NCBI RefSeq assembly: GCF_006345805.1
Contig: NW_021836441.1
Location: forward strand, 1 to 24,338
Source: Octopus sinensis
Lineage: Eukaryota
Direction: 5' to 3'
Length of the DNA: 24,338 nt
Below, piece after piece: positions 22,881 to 24,338 of the stretch. Both the position numbers and the translations under genes were made by a program. The notes below the pieces were generated by a model. It worked only from the letters and a program-made list of their open reading frames with translations, was not told where the DNA came from and did not search any database. Every line of letters starts with the position of its first letter. The first letter of the stretch is position 1.

Positions 22881-23467
22881 AATGTATAATGTTACGTAAG
22901 CATTTATGAGTCACATTTATTATTTGAAAAACAAAAAACACAAAAACAAACAAAGTAAAAACAAAAACAAATGCAATTATTTCAATTTGATTTGCTTCGA
23001 CTGTTTCATGGTTTCTTCTTTGGCGGGGGTCTATACTAATTATATAAATATAAGATTTTGTATGGGGGGGGATCTTGTGCGTATGTGGGTGTGTGAGGTG
23101 TGCGTGTGCGTGAGAGAGAGAGCGCAGGAGATTCAGCGTAAGGAAGATAATGAAGGAGGTGAACGTGTGTGTGTGTGTGTGTGTGGTGTGTGTGTGTGTG
23201 TGTGTGTGGTTTCTCCGTTTTCTAAATGTGTATGTATATACGTACTCTTATATATGTGTGTATGTGTTTTATGTTTGTATGTTTGTATGTATGTATGTAT
23301 GTATGTAAGTATCTATTCAACTGTATGTTTGCTAGTCTGCTTGTCTCTTTCTCCACCTCTCTCCCACCCTCTCTGTCTGCCTGTCTGCCTGTCTGTCTGT
23401 CTGTCTGTCTCTCTCGCTATATATATATATATATACACACACACATATATGTATATATTTCTGTCAG

Positions 23468-23840
23468 TGTACTTGTTTCAGTCATTTGACTGCGGCTAGA
23501 CTGGAGCACCGCCTTTAGTCGAAAGAATCGAACCCAGGATTTATTCTTTCTAAGCCTAGTACTTATAGTATCGGTGGCTTTTGCCGAACCGCTAAGTTAC
23601 GCGGACATAAACACACCAACACCGGTGTCAAGCGATAGTGGGAGGACAAACACAAACACATAAATACATATACACACACACACACACGCACACACACACA
23701 TATATATATATATATTATATAGAGAGAGAAAGAGAGAGGGAGAGAGAGAGAGAGAGAAAGAAAGAGAGAGAGTAAGGGAGAGTGAGAGAGTGAGAGAGAG
23801 AAAGAGAGACGACGGTCTTCTTTCAGTTTCCGTCTACGAG
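23468..23840 (-). mobile_element. SINE family A lacking its tRNA head, with expanded internal (CA)(TA)(GA) microsatellite
   Basis: TTTCAGTCATTTGACTGCGGC...GGAGCACCGCCTTTAGTCG...CCGCTAAGTTACG...CTTCTTTCAGTTTCCGTCTAC is the reverse complement of about 150-418. Confidence 0.88.
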
Positions 23841-24024
23841 TTTGGCGGACAGAATGTAGAAGCCCGTCGTAGTAGAGATGTTATGTGCCTCCGGCCAACA
23901 GGTCTGTCGAATCTCCAATACCGTATTATAGGTTTGCAGCCTCTGGTAACAACCTGACTGACCAAAACCAACAGCTATATGAGTTATCATTGCTCAAAAG
24001 GTTTTAGCGTGTGCTTCTTTAGGA

Positions 24025-24032
24025 TCTATCTG

Positions 24033-24064
<32 letters not shown>

Positions 24065-24065
24065 G

Positions 24066-24119
<54 letters not shown>

Positions 24120-24146
24120 CTCTCTCTCTCCTTCTCTCTCTCTCTC

Positions 24147-24203
<57 letters not shown>

Positions 24204-24260
24204 ATATTATATTTATATATATATATATATTATATATATATATTATATATATATATATAT
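24025..24260. repeat. (TATC)n-(TC)n-(TA)n microsatellite
   Basis: Directly visible. Confidence 0.97.
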
Positions 24261-24338
24261 CTTAGAGAGTACACGAAAAAAAAACAAAAGAACAAAAGAC
24301 GAAGACAGGTGATGCAAAAAACAAACAGATGTATTAGT

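Overview
Eukaryotic, AT-rich, repeat-dominated DNA with no intact protein-coding gene. The SINE families and microsatellite load look like an octopus (coleoid cephalopod) intron or intergenic region; this is inferred from pattern recognition, not a search. Contents: about 15 tRNA-derived SINE copies from three head/body types, a hAT-type MITE end running into an 18-bp minisatellite, an RTE LINE 3' end, a truncated Tc1/mariner transposase, a decayed gag-like ORF1, and a decayed Penelope-like element (RT plus GIY-YIG). There are also six fragments from four subfamilies of restriction-like-endonuclease (R4/Dong-type) LINEs, mostly sitting in (TAA)n or (CATA)n microsatellites. The most notable structures are a minimal type I hammerhead ribozyme (21574-21633, minus), a neighbouring 189-bp spacer-less palindrome with the same ACGCGT core, an apparent split of microsatellite targets between LINE subfamilies, and a conserved 3'-UTR motif in the (CATA)n-associated LINEs. 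Almost all ORFs in the supplied track are microsatellite or SINE artefacts.
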